DNA of 63,224 bases from Anaeromyxobacter sp. (lineage in GTDB: Bacteria; Myxococcota; Myxococcia; Myxococcales; Anaeromyxobacteraceae). Every line of letters starts with the position of its first letter. Position 1 is the stretch's first letter. The notes under the pieces are model-generated. The model was not told the origin of the DNA. It was given only the letters and a program-made list of their open reading frames with translations, and searched no databases. The translations under genes were made by a program, and so were the position numbers. Location: NCBI GenBank assembly GCA_036391435.1, contig DASVZX010000144.1, positions 1 to 63,224 of the forward strand. Direction: 5' to 3'. This document shows positions 53,359-63,224 of the stretch, one piece after another.

Positions 53359-54975
53359 ATGCCGGGTGGGCTTCGCATCGGGACCAAGGTCACGGGAGGC
53401 TTCCTCCTCGTCGCGGCGCTCGCGCTCGCCGTCGGCGTGCTCGGCCGGCGCGCCACGGACAGCATCCAGCGCGCCGACGCCCGCCTGTACGAGCAGACGA
53501 GCGTGCCGCTCGCCACCCTGATCCGCCTCAGCGCGGCCCATGACGGCAGCTGGGAGATGCTGCGCGCCGCGATCTACGAGTCCACGCCCGCCGACATCGA
53601 GGCGCGGCTCGCGGCGTTCGATCGCCTGCGGGCCGACGCGGCGCGCCTCGCCGAGGAGCTCCGGCCGCGCCTCGCCTCCGACGAGGATCGCGCGGCGCTC
53701 GCGGCGCTCACGGGCGGCGCCGAGGAGCTGGAGCGGCTCGTCCGCGTGATCCGGCCGTTCGTCCTCGAGAACCGGGACACGGAGGCCTTCGCGTTCACCG
53801 GGCCCGGGAGCCCCGCGGCCCGCGCGTTCGAGGCGGAGAACGCCGCGCTGAAGCGGCTCATCGAGCTGAAGGTCGACGACGCGCGCCGCACGTCCGAGGC
53901 GAACGAGGCGCTGGCGCGCCGGTCCGGCCTGCTCATCGACCTCACCATCGCCGCCGCCTTCGCCGCGGCGGCGATCCTCGGCCTCTGGCTCCACGCGCTG
54001 CTGCGGCCCCTCGCCGCCGCCGCGCGCGACGTCGAGCGGATCGCGGCCGGGGACCTGGGCGTTCGGTTCGAGGCCGTGCGGCGCGACGAGATCGGGACGC
54101 TCCAGGCGGCGATGGCGCGGATGGTCGAGCGGCTCGCCGCGGTGATCGGGGACGTGCGCGCGAGCGCCGAGACGATGAACGGCGCCGCGGCGCAGGTCTC
54201 GGCCACCGCCCAGGCGCTCTCGCGCGGGACCGGCGAGCAGGCCGCGAGCGTCGAGGAGACCACGTCCTCGCTCGAGGAGATGAGCGCGTCGGTCGAGCAG
54301 AACGCCGAGAACAGCCGGCAGACGGAGCGGATGGCCTCGGCGGGCGCGGGCAACGCCGAGGACGGCGGCCGGGCGGTCGGCGAGACCGTCGCGGCGATGA
54401 AGGCGATCGCCGAGAAGACCTCCATCGTCGAGGAGATCGCCTACCAGACGAACCTGCTCGCGCTCAATGCCGCGATCGAGGCGGCGCGCGCCGGCGAGCA
54501 CGGCCGCGGCTTCGCCGTGGTCGCGGCGGAGGTGCGCAAGCTCGCGGAGCGGTCGCGCGGCGCGGCGGGCGAGATCGCGGCGCTCGCCGAGCGATCGGTC
54601 GGCGTGGCGGAGCGCTCGGGGCGCGTCATCGCCGAGCTCGTCCCGGCCATCCGCCGGGCGGCGGATCTCGTCCGACAGGTCTCGGCGGCGAGCCAGGAGC
54701 AGGCGAGCGGGCTCCAGCAGGTCTCGAAGGCCATGGGCGTCGTCGACCAGGTGACGCAGCGGAACGCGGCGGCGGCGGAGCAGCTCTCGTCGACCGCGGC
54801 CGCCATGGCCGCGGAGGGGGAGGGGCTCCGGGCGCGCGTCGCGTTCTTCCGCGGCGCGGGCGTCCCTGAAGGCGACGCGGCGGCAGCGCAGGCGCAACCG
54901 GCGCGGCGGCCCGACGGTCTCCTGGCCGGCGCGAACGGCGACACGACTCCGCTCCGGAGGACCTCCGGAGCATGA
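53359..54975 (+). CDS. Methyl-accepting chemotaxis protein (4HB sensor, HAMP)
   Basis: Two TMs, [37 protein letters not shown]. Confidence 0.96.
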   Translation: MPGGLRIGTKVTGGFLLVAALALAVGVLGRRATDSIQRADARLYEQTSVPLATLIRLSAAHDGSWEMLRAAIYESTPADIEARLAAFDRLRADAARLAEELRPRLASDEDRAALAALTGGAEELERLVRVIRPFVLENRDTEAFAFTGPGSPAARAFEAENAALKRLIELKVDDARRTSEANEALARRSGLLIDLTIAAAFAAAAILGLWLHALLRPLAAAARDVERIAAGDLGVRFEAVRRDEIGTLQAAMARMVERLAAVIGDVRASAETMNGAAAQVSATAQALSRGTGEQAASVEETTSSLEEMSASVEQNAENSRQTERMASAGAGNAEDGGRAVGETVAAMKAIAEKTSIVEEIAYQTNLLALNAAIEAARAGEHGRGFAVVAAEVRKLAERSRGAAGEIAALAERSVGVAERSGRVIAELVPAIRRAADLVRQVSAASQEQASGLQQVSKAMGVVDQVTQRNAAAAEQLSSTAAAMAAEGEGLRARVAFFRGAGVPEGDAAAAQAQPARRPDGLLAGANGDTTPLRRTSGA

Positions 54976-54994
54976 CAGCGGAAAGGGAACGAAC

Positions 54995-55714
54995 ATGGTG
55001 AAGACGTTGGCGACGGCGGCAGCGCTCCTCGCGGCGGTGAGCGGGTACGCGGCGGACAAGCCCTCGGAGAAGGTGGCGCGAAACCTCGCCGCGCTGCTCG
55101 TCGCCGGGCGCGCGGTGGTGGCGCAGAACCAGCCGCTCATCAACGACGCGTCGAAGGGCGACAAGGGCTTCACCGCCGACGCGTTCGGCGCGGCGGTCTC
55201 CGCGGAGCTCAAGGCGAAGGGCGGCATCGACCTCGCCGCGCTGGGCGCGACCCGGGACGACAGGCTGCTCAAGGCGCTCTTCGCCGCCGAGCGGGAGACC
55301 GTCGCGGACGCGCAGCGGACCATCAACCTCGCGGGGATGGGCTTCAAGGGGTTCACGCCCGCCGTGTTCGGTCTGCACGCCGCCGAGAAGTTCGGGAAGG
55401 CGACCGGGCTGTCGCTCAAGCAGACGAGCGACAAGTACCGGAACCCGGTGAACCAGCCCGACGCGTTCGAGAAGGGCGTGCTCGCGAAGTTCGCGGCGGC
55501 CGGGTGGACGAGGGGCCAGGGCTACGCCGAGGTCGTCGATCGCGGCGGGAAGAAGGTGCTCCGGTACCTCCAGCCGCTCTACATCGCGAAGCCGTGCCTC
55601 GCCTGTCACGGCGAGCCGAAGGGCGAGCTCGACGTGGCGGGTCGCGCGAAGGAGGGCTACCGCGAGGGCGACCTGCGCGGCGCGGTCAGCGTGATCGTCC
55701 CGATCGCGCAGTAG
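54995..55714 (+). CDS. Periplasmic c-heme protein, Tll0287/DUF3365-like
   Basis: Signal peptide; [33 protein letters not shown]. Confidence 0.85.
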   Translation: MVKTLATAAALLAAVSGYAADKPSEKVARNLAALLVAGRAVVAQNQPLINDASKGDKGFTADAFGAAVSAELKAKGGIDLAALGATRDDRLLKALFAAERETVADAQRTINLAGMGFKGFTPAVFGLHAAEKFGKATGLSLKQTSDKYRNPVNQPDAFEKGVLAKFAAAGWTRGQGYAEVVDRGGKKVLRYLQPLYIAKPCLACHGEPKGELDVAGRAKEGYREGDLRGAVSVIVPIAQ

Positions 55715-56579
55715 GGGCCGGCGGCGCGGGGCGGCGCGCCCGCGCCGCTCCGCGCGGGGCGAGGAGCGCGCCGGGGAACGTCACCGGCTTCCCCGGCTGC
55801 ATCACGAGCACCCGGGTGCGACCGTGGAGCGCGGCTTCGAGCTCCCCCGGCGTGCCGGTCAGCGCGGGGTACGTCCCGAAGTGCATCGGGACCAGGATCC
55901 CGGGCTTCACGTACGAGGCGGCGAGCGCGGCGCCCTGCGGGTCCATCGTGAAGTGGTCGCCGATGCAGGCGAGCATCACGTCCACGGAGCCGTAGCGCTC
56001 CGGGATCTGCTTCATGTCGAGCGTCACGTCCGTGTCGCCCGTGTCGTAGATCGTCGGGCCGCCCTGCACCCGGATCACGAAGCCGACGGGGTTCCCGCCG
56101 GCGACCTGCTCGCCCTCGGCGGTCGTGAAGTTCGACGAGTGGACGGCGGGCACCATCGCGACCGTCGCGTCGCCCGTCCGGAGGGTGCCGCCCACGTTCC
56201 CCTGCGTCTCCGTGCCCGCCTGCTCCTTCGGGTACCCGGCGCGGACGAGCGCCCGGCCGAGGTCGATGGACGAGACGAGCTTCGCGCCCGTGCGCTTCGC
56301 GATCGCGATCGCGTCGCCCACGTGATCGGCGTGGCCGTGCGTGACGAGGATGTAGTCGACTCTCTGCAGCTTCTGCGCGGCGTCCTTGTCGGGAGACCGC
56401 GGGTTCGAGAGCCAGGGGTCGATGGCGAGGACGGTTCCGCCGGGCGTCGTCACGACGAACGCGGCGTGACCGTACCAGGTGATCTCCGTCTCGCGGGCGC
56501 CCGCCGTCCTTTCCTGCGCGGGTGCGGCGAGCGGCGCGAGCGCGAGGACGGCGGCGAGGGCGGGGACGAGCGGGTTCAT
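55686..56579 (-). CDS. Exported metallo-beta-lactamase-fold hydrolase (UPF0173-like)
   Basis: ITWYGHA, IDPW, THGHADH, GDT, PMHFGT. Confidence 0.9.
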   Translation of the reverse strand: MNPLVPALAAVLALAPLAAPAQERTAGARETEITWYGHAAFVVTTPGGTVLAIDPWLSNPRSPDKDAAQKLQRVDYILVTHGHADHVGDAIAIAKRTGAKLVSSIDLGRALVRAGYPKEQAGTETQGNVGGTLRTGDATVAMVPAVHSSNFTTAEGEQVAGGNPVGFVIRVQGGPTIYDTGDTDVTLDMKQIPERYGSVDVMLACIGDHFTMDPQGAALAASYVKPGILVPMHFGTYPALTGTPGELEAALHGRTRVLVMQPGKPVTFPGALLAPRGAARARRPAPPAPTARSGRSR

Positions 56580-56800
56580 GGAAGGTCTCCGGGCGGGCTG
56601 GACTCCCGGCGAGGCGGCGATCGAGCCCCCGTCCGGCGCCGAGGCGAGACGCTCGCGCGCCCGCAGGGGGACCCCGCGGGCGGGCGGTCCTGTCGTGCTT
56701 ACCGGAAGCCGCGCGTCGATCTTACAGACTGCGTCTTCGGTCGCGGCGCGGCACGGTGCGAAATGCGCCCACGGCGCGGGCGGGAGCGATCACCCCAAGA

Positions 56801-56816
56801 CGGCACGGGGGTTGCT
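56801..56816 (+). promoter_or_regulatory. Sigma54 (-24/-12) promoter
   Basis: CGGCACG-GGGG-TTGCT, close to consensus TGGCACG-N4-TTGCW, 33 bp upstream of the sigma factor ATG. Confidence 0.75.
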
Positions 56817-56849
56817 CAGGGGGAGGCGGGCACGCAACCAGGAGGAACG

Positions 56850-57749
56850 ATGAGCCGAACGACCGTCGCGAGCAGCACGCTGGATCAGTACCTTCGCGAG
56901 ATCAACCGCGTCTCCCTCCTGACCGTCGAGGAGGAGCGGCGCCTCGCCCGCGAGTTCCGCGACCAGGGGGACAAGCGGGCGGGCCATCGCCTCGTCGAGG
57001 CGAACCTCCGCTTCGTCGTGAAGGTCGCGTTCGAGTACCGCTCGTACGGCCTCCGGATGGCCGACCTCATCCAGGAGGGGAACATCGGCCTCATGAAGGC
57101 CGTCCAGAAGTTCGACCCCGACAAGGAGATCCGCCTCATCTCCTACGCGGTCTGGTGGATCCGCGCCTACATCCAGAACCACATCCTCAAGTCCTGGTCG
57201 CTCGTGAAGATCGGGACCACGCAGGCGCAGCGGAAGCTCTTCTTCTCGCTCGCCCGCACCCGCCACGAGATCGAGCGCCTGTCGCCGGGCGCCGGCCTCG
57301 ACCAGGAGGGGATCGACGTGAACCTCGTCGCGAAGAAGCTCCGCGTGCGGGCGTCGGACGTCGTCGAGATGCAGCAGCGGATGGAGGGGCGCGACCTCTC
57401 GCTCGACGCCCCCGTCGCCGACGGCACGAGCACCCACCTCGAGTTCACCCCGGGGGACGGCGAGCCGCAGGACGAGGAGCTCGCCCGCGTCGAGGAGGAG
57501 TCGCTCGTGCAGCACCGCGTCTCCGACGCGATGAACCGCCTCGACCCGCGCGAGCGGCACATCGTCGCCGCCCGCATCATGGGCGACGGCAAGGAGACCC
57601 TGCGCGACCTCGGCCAGCACTTCGGGTTCTCTCGCGAGCGCGCGCGCCAGCTCGAGATCCGCGCCCTCGAGAAGCTGCGCCGCGACCTCCAGCCGCTCGC
57701 CGACGAGATCGGCTGGCCGGTCTCGGCCCCCGGCGACGTCGACATGTAG
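56850..57749 (+). CDS. RpoH/sigma32-family sigma factor
   Basis: [23 protein letters not shown], RpoH box [19 protein letters not shown]; GGAGG SD. Confidence 0.93.
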   Translation: MSRTTVASSTLDQYLREINRVSLLTVEEERRLAREFRDQGDKRAGHRLVEANLRFVVKVAFEYRSYGLRMADLIQEGNIGLMKAVQKFDPDKEIRLISYAVWWIRAYIQNHILKSWSLVKIGTTQAQRKLFFSLARTRHEIERLSPGAGLDQEGIDVNLVAKKLRVRASDVVEMQQRMEGRDLSLDAPVADGTSTHLEFTPGDGEPQDEELARVEEESLVQHRVSDAMNRLDPRERHIVAARIMGDGKETLRDLGQHFGFSRERARQLEIRALEKLRRDLQPLADEIGWPVSAPGDVDM

Positions 57750-57767
57750 TCCGCGGGGAGGAGCGGC

Positions 57768-58538
57768 TCAGCTCGACCTGCGCGACACGGCGAACGGCGA
57801 GAACGCCTGCTGGACGGGCATGAGCTCGATCGCGTTCACGTTCACGTGCGCGGGGAGCGCCACGGCCCAGAGGATGGCCTCCGCGATGTCCTCGCCCCCG
57901 AGCGGCGTCACGCCCTCGTAGACCTTGGCGGCGCGGGCCGCGTCGCCCTCGAAGCGCACGAGCGAGAACTCGGTCTCCGCCATCCCGGGCTCGATCGAGG
58001 TCGCCCGGATCGCGGTGCCGAGCAGGTCGGCGCGCAGGTTGAGCGTGAACTGGCGCACGAACGCCTTGGTCGCGCCGTACACGTTCCCGCCCGGGTACGG
58101 GTAGGTCCCGGCGACGGAGCCGACGTTCACGACGTGGCCGCGGTTCCGCTCGACCATGCCGGGGAGCACCGCGCGGGTCATGGTGACGAGCCCGGCGCAG
58201 TTCGTCTCGATCATGGTCTCCCAGTCGTCGACCGACGCCCGCTGCGCCGGCTCGAGGCCGAGCGCGAGGCCGGCGTTGTTCACGAGCACGTCGATGGCGC
58301 GCCACTCCGGCGGCAGGGCGGGGATCGCCGCCTCGACGGCGGCGCGGTCGCGCACGTCGAGCACGACCGGGTGGACCCGGCCCGGGTGGAGCGCGGCCAG
58401 GGCGCGCAGCCGGTCCTCGCGCCGTCCCGTGCCGATCACGCGCGCGCCCGCCCGGACGAGCGCCTCCGCCGTCGCGCGCCCGAAGCCGCTCGTCGCGCCC
58501 GTGACGAGCGCGATCCTTCCGCCGAGGTCGTGGTGCAT
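57768..58538 (-). CDS. SDR oxidoreductase (YdfG-like)
   Basis: TGATSGFG, NNAGLALG, YGATK. Confidence 0.92.
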   Translation of the reverse strand: MHHDLGGRIALVTGATSGFGRATAEALVRAGARVIGTGRREDRLRALAALHPGRVHPVVLDVRDRAAVEAAIPALPPEWRAIDVLVNNAGLALGLEPAQRASVDDWETMIETNCAGLVTMTRAVLPGMVERNRGHVVNVGSVAGTYPYPGGNVYGATKAFVRQFTLNLRADLLGTAIRATSIEPGMAETEFSLVRFEGDAARAAKVYEGVTPLGGEDIAEAILWAVALPAHVNVNAIELMPVQQAFSPFAVSRRSS

Positions 58539-58588
58539 GACCGGAATCTAGCAGAGGCCGGGGCGGCCGGGCGGGCGGCCGCGCCCGC

Positions 58589-60118
58589 CTACGCGCCGTC
58601 CCGGAGCGGCAGCGCGATCGAGAAGGACGCGCCGCCCCCCGGCCGGTCGCCCACCTGGATCTCCCCGCCGTGCTGCAGGACGATCTTCTTCACGATGGCG
58701 AGCCCGAGGCCGGTGCCGGTCTTCTTCGTCGTGTAGTACGGGTCGAAGATCCGCTCGCGGGTGGCGCGGTCGATGCCGGGCCCCTCGTCGGCGACGGTGA
58801 GCACGGCCCGCTCGCGCGACCGCGCGACGCCGACGTGGATCCGCGCGCGCGCCGGCCGGGCTGCGTCGATCGCGTTCGCGCAGAGGTTCGCGAGCACCCG
58901 GCGCATGAGGGTCCGGTCGAGCCGCACCGGCGTGTCGGCGCTCGCCTTCACCACGTCCACGTCCGCCGCGTCGGACACGTCGGGGCTCGTGCGCAGGAAG
59001 TCGTCCACGAACTCGCCGAGGTCGGCGGGGTCCGGCCGGACCTCCGGGAGCTTCGCGAAGCTCGAGAACTCGTCCACGAGCCGCTGGAGCGTCCCGATCT
59101 CGTCCCGCACGACCTCGCCCGCCTCGGCGAGCCGGGCGCCGAACGCCGGGTCGAGCTCGCGCGCCCCGGACGCGCGCCAGCGCGCGTCGAGCTGCTGGAA
59201 GGCGAGCTTGAGCGGCGTGAGCGGGTTCTTGATCTCGTGCGCGAGGCGGCGCGCGACCTCCTGCCACCCGGAGATCTTCTCGAGGTACACGATCCGGTCG
59301 CGGCTCTCGCGGACCTCCCGCACCATCGCGTTGAACGCGCGCGCGAGCCCGGCGACCTCGTCGTTCGCCCGCCCGGGCTCGACCTGCACGTCGAGGTCGC
59401 CGCCGGCGAGGCGGCGGACCGCCCCGACGAGCGCGGAGACGCGGCGGGTGGTGCGGCGGGCGAGGAAGATGCCGAGGCCCGCGGCCACGACCGCCCACCC
59501 GACGACGAGCGCCGCGAACGATCGCACGTAGGTGCGCCGGATCTCGGCGCGGAGCGCGTCGAGCCCCTGGACGAGCTCGGCGAGCTCGCGCGACTCGTCG
59601 AGCTCGGCGAAGAAGCGCGCCTCGATCTCGAAGGTGCAGTCGAGCTCGCCGCCGCCGGGCAGCGTCGCCCGCGCGGGCGCGTCGCGCCACTCGCCCTCGG
59701 AGGTGTCCGGGGGCCGCTCGACGTCGGCGAGGAGCCGGCCGTCGGCCGCGTACCAGGCGGCGCGCCGCAGCCGCGGCGTGCGCGCCATCGCCGCGCGGAG
59801 CGCCTCCGGCGCGCGCGCGGGGTCGCGGGGGAGCGCCCGCGCGATCTCGAGGGTCTGCTGCGCGTAGAGCTGCTTGCGCGCCTGGAACAGCTCGCCGTAC
59901 AGCGACGGCACCGCCGTGAGCCGCTCGACGACGCGGGGGTCGAGGCCGAGGGAGAGGGTCTGCTCGACGACCTGCCCGGCGACGAAGATCGCGGCGACGA
60001 ACGGGACCGTCGCGGCGAGCACGAGCGCGGCCGAGATCTTGAGCTCGAAGCGGGAGACGCGCAGGGCCGCCGCGGCGCTCCGGAGCCCGCCCCCGAGCCG
60101 CCCCCCCTCGGCGCTCAC
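58589..60118 (-). CDS. HAMP sensor histidine kinase (NtrY-like)
   Basis: Two TMs, WQEVARRLAHEIKNPLTP, GTGLGL. Confidence 0.93.
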   Translation of the reverse strand: MSAEGGRLGGGLRSAAAALRVSRFELKISAALVLAATVPFVAAIFVAGQVVEQTLSLGLDPRVVERLTAVPSLYGELFQARKQLYAQQTLEIARALPRDPARAPEALRAAMARTPRLRRAAWYAADGRLLADVERPPDTSEGEWRDAPARATLPGGGELDCTFEIEARFFAELDESRELAELVQGLDALRAEIRRTYVRSFAALVVGWAVVAAGLGIFLARRTTRRVSALVGAVRRLAGGDLDVQVEPGRANDEVAGLARAFNAMVREVRESRDRIVYLEKISGWQEVARRLAHEIKNPLTPLKLAFQQLDARWRASGARELDPAFGARLAEAGEVVRDEIGTLQRLVDEFSSFAKLPEVRPDPADLGEFVDDFLRTSPDVSDAADVDVVKASADTPVRLDRTLMRRVLANLCANAIDAARPARARIHVGVARSRERAVLTVADEGPGIDRATRERIFDPYYTTKKTGTGLGLAIVKKIVLQHGGEIQVGDRPGGGASFSIALPLRDGA

Positions 60119-60771
60119 CGCCCCACCTCCGCCGTCTCGTACGGACGCGAGCGGAAGAGGACGACGTCCGCGTCCGACGGCGGGGCGCGCAGGAGGAAGC
60201 TCGCCATCGCGCCGAGGACGCTGCGCGAGGAGCCCGCCCCGCGGGCGCCGCCCGAGGGGCTCGCGATGAACTCGCGGGTGCGCTGGAGCTGCTCCTTGGA
60301 GACCGGGTTCACCTCCACGCGCGCCTCCACGACGAACCCGCCGGGCGGGACGAGCGCCGCCGGGCCGAGGTCGAGGTCGCGCTCCTGGGCGAGGAACCGG
60401 CGCAGCGCCGCGAAGTCCGGAAGCACGGCCCGGACGCCCTGCGGGACGTGCGGGTCCTTCACCACGACCGCGTAGGTCTCCTCCCAGACGTCGAAGAGGA
60501 TCTCGACCACGCGGCCGTAGATGAGGGCGGGGCCGCCGCCGCGCGCCGGCACGACCGCGACGTAGATCGCCACCACGTTCGTGAGCCCGTTCCCGAGCTC
60601 GCGCTGCAGCGAGGTCGGGAACGCGGCCGAGACGTCCACGGTCGCGCGGAGCCGGCCGTCGCGCAGCGCGAGCTGCACCGGGAGCGGCGCGGGGGCCGCC
60701 CGCGCCCGCCCGGCGGCGGCGAGGGCCGCGGCGACCGCGAGCGCGGCGAGGGCGATCCGGCGCGGGGTCAC
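60115..60771 (-). CDS. DUF4390-like exported protein
   Basis: Signal peptide, FDVWEETY; GTGA-coupled between the OMP and the kinase. Confidence 0.7.
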   Translation of the reverse strand: MTPRRIALAALAVAAALAAAGRARAAPAPLPVQLALRDGRLRATVDVSAAFPTSLQRELGNGLTNVVAIYVAVVPARGGGPALIYGRVVEILFDVWEETYAVVVKDPHVPQGVRAVLPDFAALRRFLAQERDLDLGPAALVPPGGFVVEARVEVNPVSKEQLQRTREFIASPSGGARGAGSSRSVLGAMASFLLRAPPSDADVVLFRSRPYETAEVGR

Positions 60772-62243
60772 AGGGCGATGTCCAGCCAGTAGGCGACGGA
60801 GACGTTGAACATGCCGACCGGCGTGTCGAGCCGGAGCGCCACGTCGCCGGAGAGCGGCGTGCTCGAGAAGGACGTGCGCGAGCCCCCGAGCGTGGCGGTC
60901 GAGTACACGCCGCGCCCGCCGACCGCGACGTAGCCGCGGCGGAAGAACCCCGAGCTCGCCCAGAGCGGGACCGCGTACTCGAGCCCCGCCATCGCGAGGA
61001 ACTGGTCGTAGCGGGAGTCGGTCGAGAAGTTGAGCTCGAGCGCGCGGGCGAGGGCCGGGCCGACCGCGAAGTACGAGTAGTCCGCCCCGTAGAAGCGCTC
61101 GAAGAACGGCGGGTTCCCCTGGGCCGCCCCGAGGGTGGCCTGGAACCGCAGCGGCCGGCCGAGCAGCGCGTAGGCGGTGTCGAGGTCGAGCCGGTAGCGG
61201 CTGTACTCGTAGTCGCCGCCGAGGAGCTTCGAGCCGAACGTCACCTGGGCGAGCGCGCGGAGCCCCTCGCGCGGCAGGAAGAAGTCGTCGCGCGTGTCGA
61301 GCTCCCAGGTGCCGACGAGCGCGGCGACCGCGGAGCGGCCCTGGAGGACGTACGGTCCGGCGTCCGGCGTCGGCGGCGGCGCGCCGGCGCGGCTCGCGTC
61401 GAGCCGCTCGTACCGGAAGGTCGCGTGGATGCGCTCGAACGGGCCGGGGCGGCCCCCCACCGTCCCCTCGGCGCCGACGCGCGAGTAGCGGATCACCGGC
61501 GCGGCGCCCAGGTCGGACCGCCAGGGATCGCACCTCGGGTCGGCGCAGGCGAGCTCCTCGCCGTGGAGGAAGAGGAGGCTGCCGCCGAACACCATGCCGT
61601 TCCGCGCGCCGGGGACGTCGACGTCCGGCGCGAAGAGGCTCGCCCGGATCGCGAAGCGGTCGGGGTCCTGCGGGCGGCCGCTCGGCGCGCCCCCGTAGAC
61701 GAACGCGCCGGAGAGGCCGAGGCCGCGCCCGAGGAAGTTCTGCTGCGAGAGGCCGAAGCCGCCGTAGAGCGGCTGCGGGTCGGTGCTCGCGAGGACGAGG
61801 TCCGTGACGAGGATGGTGTTCCGCTCCGCGACGTCGAACACGAGCACGACGAGGCCGCGCTCGGAGCCGCGCTCGGCGTGGGTCTCGACGCGCGAGAACC
61901 AGCCGAGCTGCAGGAGCCGCAGCCGCGAGAGGAGGACGCGCTCCTCGTCGAGCACCTCGCCCTCGGCGACGAGCAGCCGGCGGCGGACCTCGAACTCCTT
62001 CACGTGCGAGAGCCCGTCGATCCGGATCTTCTCGATCTGGTACCGGCGGGCGGCGCCCCGCGCCGGGGCGTTCGGATCGGCCGGCCGGAGGTCCGGCGGC
62101 GGGCCCGCCTCGGGCGCCGGCGTGGCGGCGGGAGGCGCGGCGCCGGCCGCCGGGGCCGCGAAGGCCAGGATCGCGAGCGCGACCGCGAGGGTGACGCACT
62201 CCCGGCGAATGCGCCGGGGGGAGAGGTCGAGGGGCGCGGTCAT
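60768..62243 (-). CDS. Omp85 (BamA/TamA-type) outer membrane protein with a single POTRA domain
   Basis: IEKIRIDG..LLQLGWFSRV..FDVAER, NFLGRG, DTRDDFFLP. Confidence 0.85.
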   Translation of the reverse strand: MTAPLDLSPRRIRRECVTLAVALAILAFAAPAAGAAPPAATPAPEAGPPPDLRPADPNAPARGAARRYQIEKIRIDGLSHVKEFEVRRRLLVAEGEVLDEERVLLSRLRLLQLGWFSRVETHAERGSERGLVVLVFDVAERNTILVTDLVLASTDPQPLYGGFGLSQQNFLGRGLGLSGAFVYGGAPSGRPQDPDRFAIRASLFAPDVDVPGARNGMVFGGSLLFLHGEELACADPRCDPWRSDLGAAPVIRYSRVGAEGTVGGRPGPFERIHATFRYERLDASRAGAPPPTPDAGPYVLQGRSAVAALVGTWELDTRDDFFLPREGLRALAQVTFGSKLLGGDYEYSRYRLDLDTAYALLGRPLRFQATLGAAQGNPPFFERFYGADYSYFAVGPALARALELNFSTDSRYDQFLAMAGLEYAVPLWASSGFFRRGYVAVGGRGVYSTATLGGSRTSFSSTPLSGDVALRLDTPVGMFNVSVAYWLDIAL

Positions 62244-62374
62244 CGCGGGCGCGATTCTACCCTCCCTCGCGGCGGCGCCAGGACCGGAAGCGTCGCGCGC
62301 GGCCCGGCCCGTCCGTGACGCGCGGGCGAGCCCGTCCCGCCCGCGGGGAAGGGACGGCCGACGCTCCGCGGAAT

Positions 62375-63224
62375 TCACGCCGCGGGGGCGGACCGGTCGA
62401 ACGCCGCGAACGCCGCGCGGGCGTCGGGGTCGAGCGGGTCGGCCGCGAGCGCCGCCTCGTAGGCCTGCCGCGCGGCGGCGGCGTTCCCGAGCTTGCGCGC
62501 GACCTCGGCGCGCGCGAGCTGACGGCGCGCCTCCTCGGCGCGGGCGGGGAACTCCGCGAGCAGCGCCCTCCGGCGCGCCGCGACGAGGGACGCGGGCACG
62601 CCCGCCGCGATGCAGCGCGCCACGCCGCCGAGGTTCCCGGTGCGCGCGTCGTGCGCGAGCCGGGCGGCGGGCGTCCCCAGGGCGTCCTGCGCCGCCTCGA
62701 GCCGGCCGAGGAGCGCCGTCGCGCGGCCCGGGTGATCGGCGGCCTGCGGCCGCGCCCGGATCGCCTCGAGCTCGTCGCGCAGCGCGCGCAGCGCGCGCCG
62801 GACGTCCCCGAACTCGGCGTCGGGCGCCACCGCGAGGAGCGCGTAGGGCCCGTCGCCGCGCGCCTCGAGCGCCGCGAGCCGCTCGCCCACGGCGCGCGGC
62901 GAGGCCGGCGTGGCCGGCGGGGGCGTGTCGCGCCGGAGCTCGTCGGCGAGCGCCGCGATCGCGGCGCGGGCCTCCGGCGAGGGGGTCACGAACTGGACCG
63001 CGAACCCGGGCGTCATCCTCCAGGCGGCGGCCTCCGCGGCGGACACGTGGCGGACGACCTCGCCCTCCACCTGGACCCGCGCGCGCAGCGACGGGTGGGA
63101 GAGCGCGAGCCGGACGTGCGCCCGGAGCGGCGGGAGCGCGCCCTCGGCGCGCAGGAACAGCCCCCCGCGCGTGAGCTCGACGGCCGGGGTCCGCGCGGGC
63201 GCCCTGCCCGCCGCGGCGACCTCG
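62375..63224 (-). CDS. C-terminal part of a PilZ / J-like / TPR multidomain protein (5' truncated by the window edge)
   Basis: ELTRGGLFL..VEGEVVRHV..PGFAVQF (PilZ-like), PYALLAV (J-like), terminal TPR-like helices. Confidence 0.7.
   Translation of the reverse strand, partial: EVAAAGRAPARTPAVELTRGGLFLRAEGALPPLRAHVRLALSHPSLRARVQVEGEVVRHVSAAEAAAWRMTPGFAVQFVTPSPEARAAIAALADELRRDTPPPATPASPRAVGERLAALEARGDGPYALLAVAPDAEFGDVRRALRALRDELEAIRARPQAADHPGRATALLGRLEAAQDALGTPAARLAHDARTGNLGGVARCIAAGVPASLVAARRRALLAEFPARAEEARRQLARAEVARKLGNAAAARQAYEAALAADPLDPDARAAFAAFDRSAPAA

Overview
Very GC-rich deltaproteobacterial chromosome segment. Gene content and intergenic repeats look Anaeromyxobacter/myxobacterial (inference). 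Bases ~1-24.9 kb are accessory DNA ending at a tRNA-Pro(GGG) gene, and ~25-63 kb is housekeeping backbone. The accessory part has two layers. (1) An older, IS-riddled island (1-14.8 kb) holds a Cys-rich protein / Ig-like lipoprotein / SpvB-YD-Rhs toxin / candidate immunity cluster, an AbiE type IV TA pair and a TIR-domain protein. (2) A ~10.0 kb integrative element (14809-24856) is bounded by a 47-bp direct repeat of the tRNA 3' end. It encodes a tyrosine integrase, Xis-like protein, Replic_Relax-type protein, RHH regulator, BrnT/BrnA-like TA and a CheB-CheR plus hybrid kinase cargo. The most striking observation is that the att core lies inside the integrase ORF. Excision would swap an 18-aa tail (read antisense to the tRNA) for a 110-aa tail carrying an excisionase-like HTH that sits 10 kb away at the other junction. 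Other highlights are a TonB-box-like motif on the Rhs toxin tip, a 25-bp hairpin with a 9-nt loop upstream of the rep gene, a C12 frameshift tract in cheBR and a probable CTG start for the AbiEii toxin. All family calls come from motif recognition by eye, not database searches.
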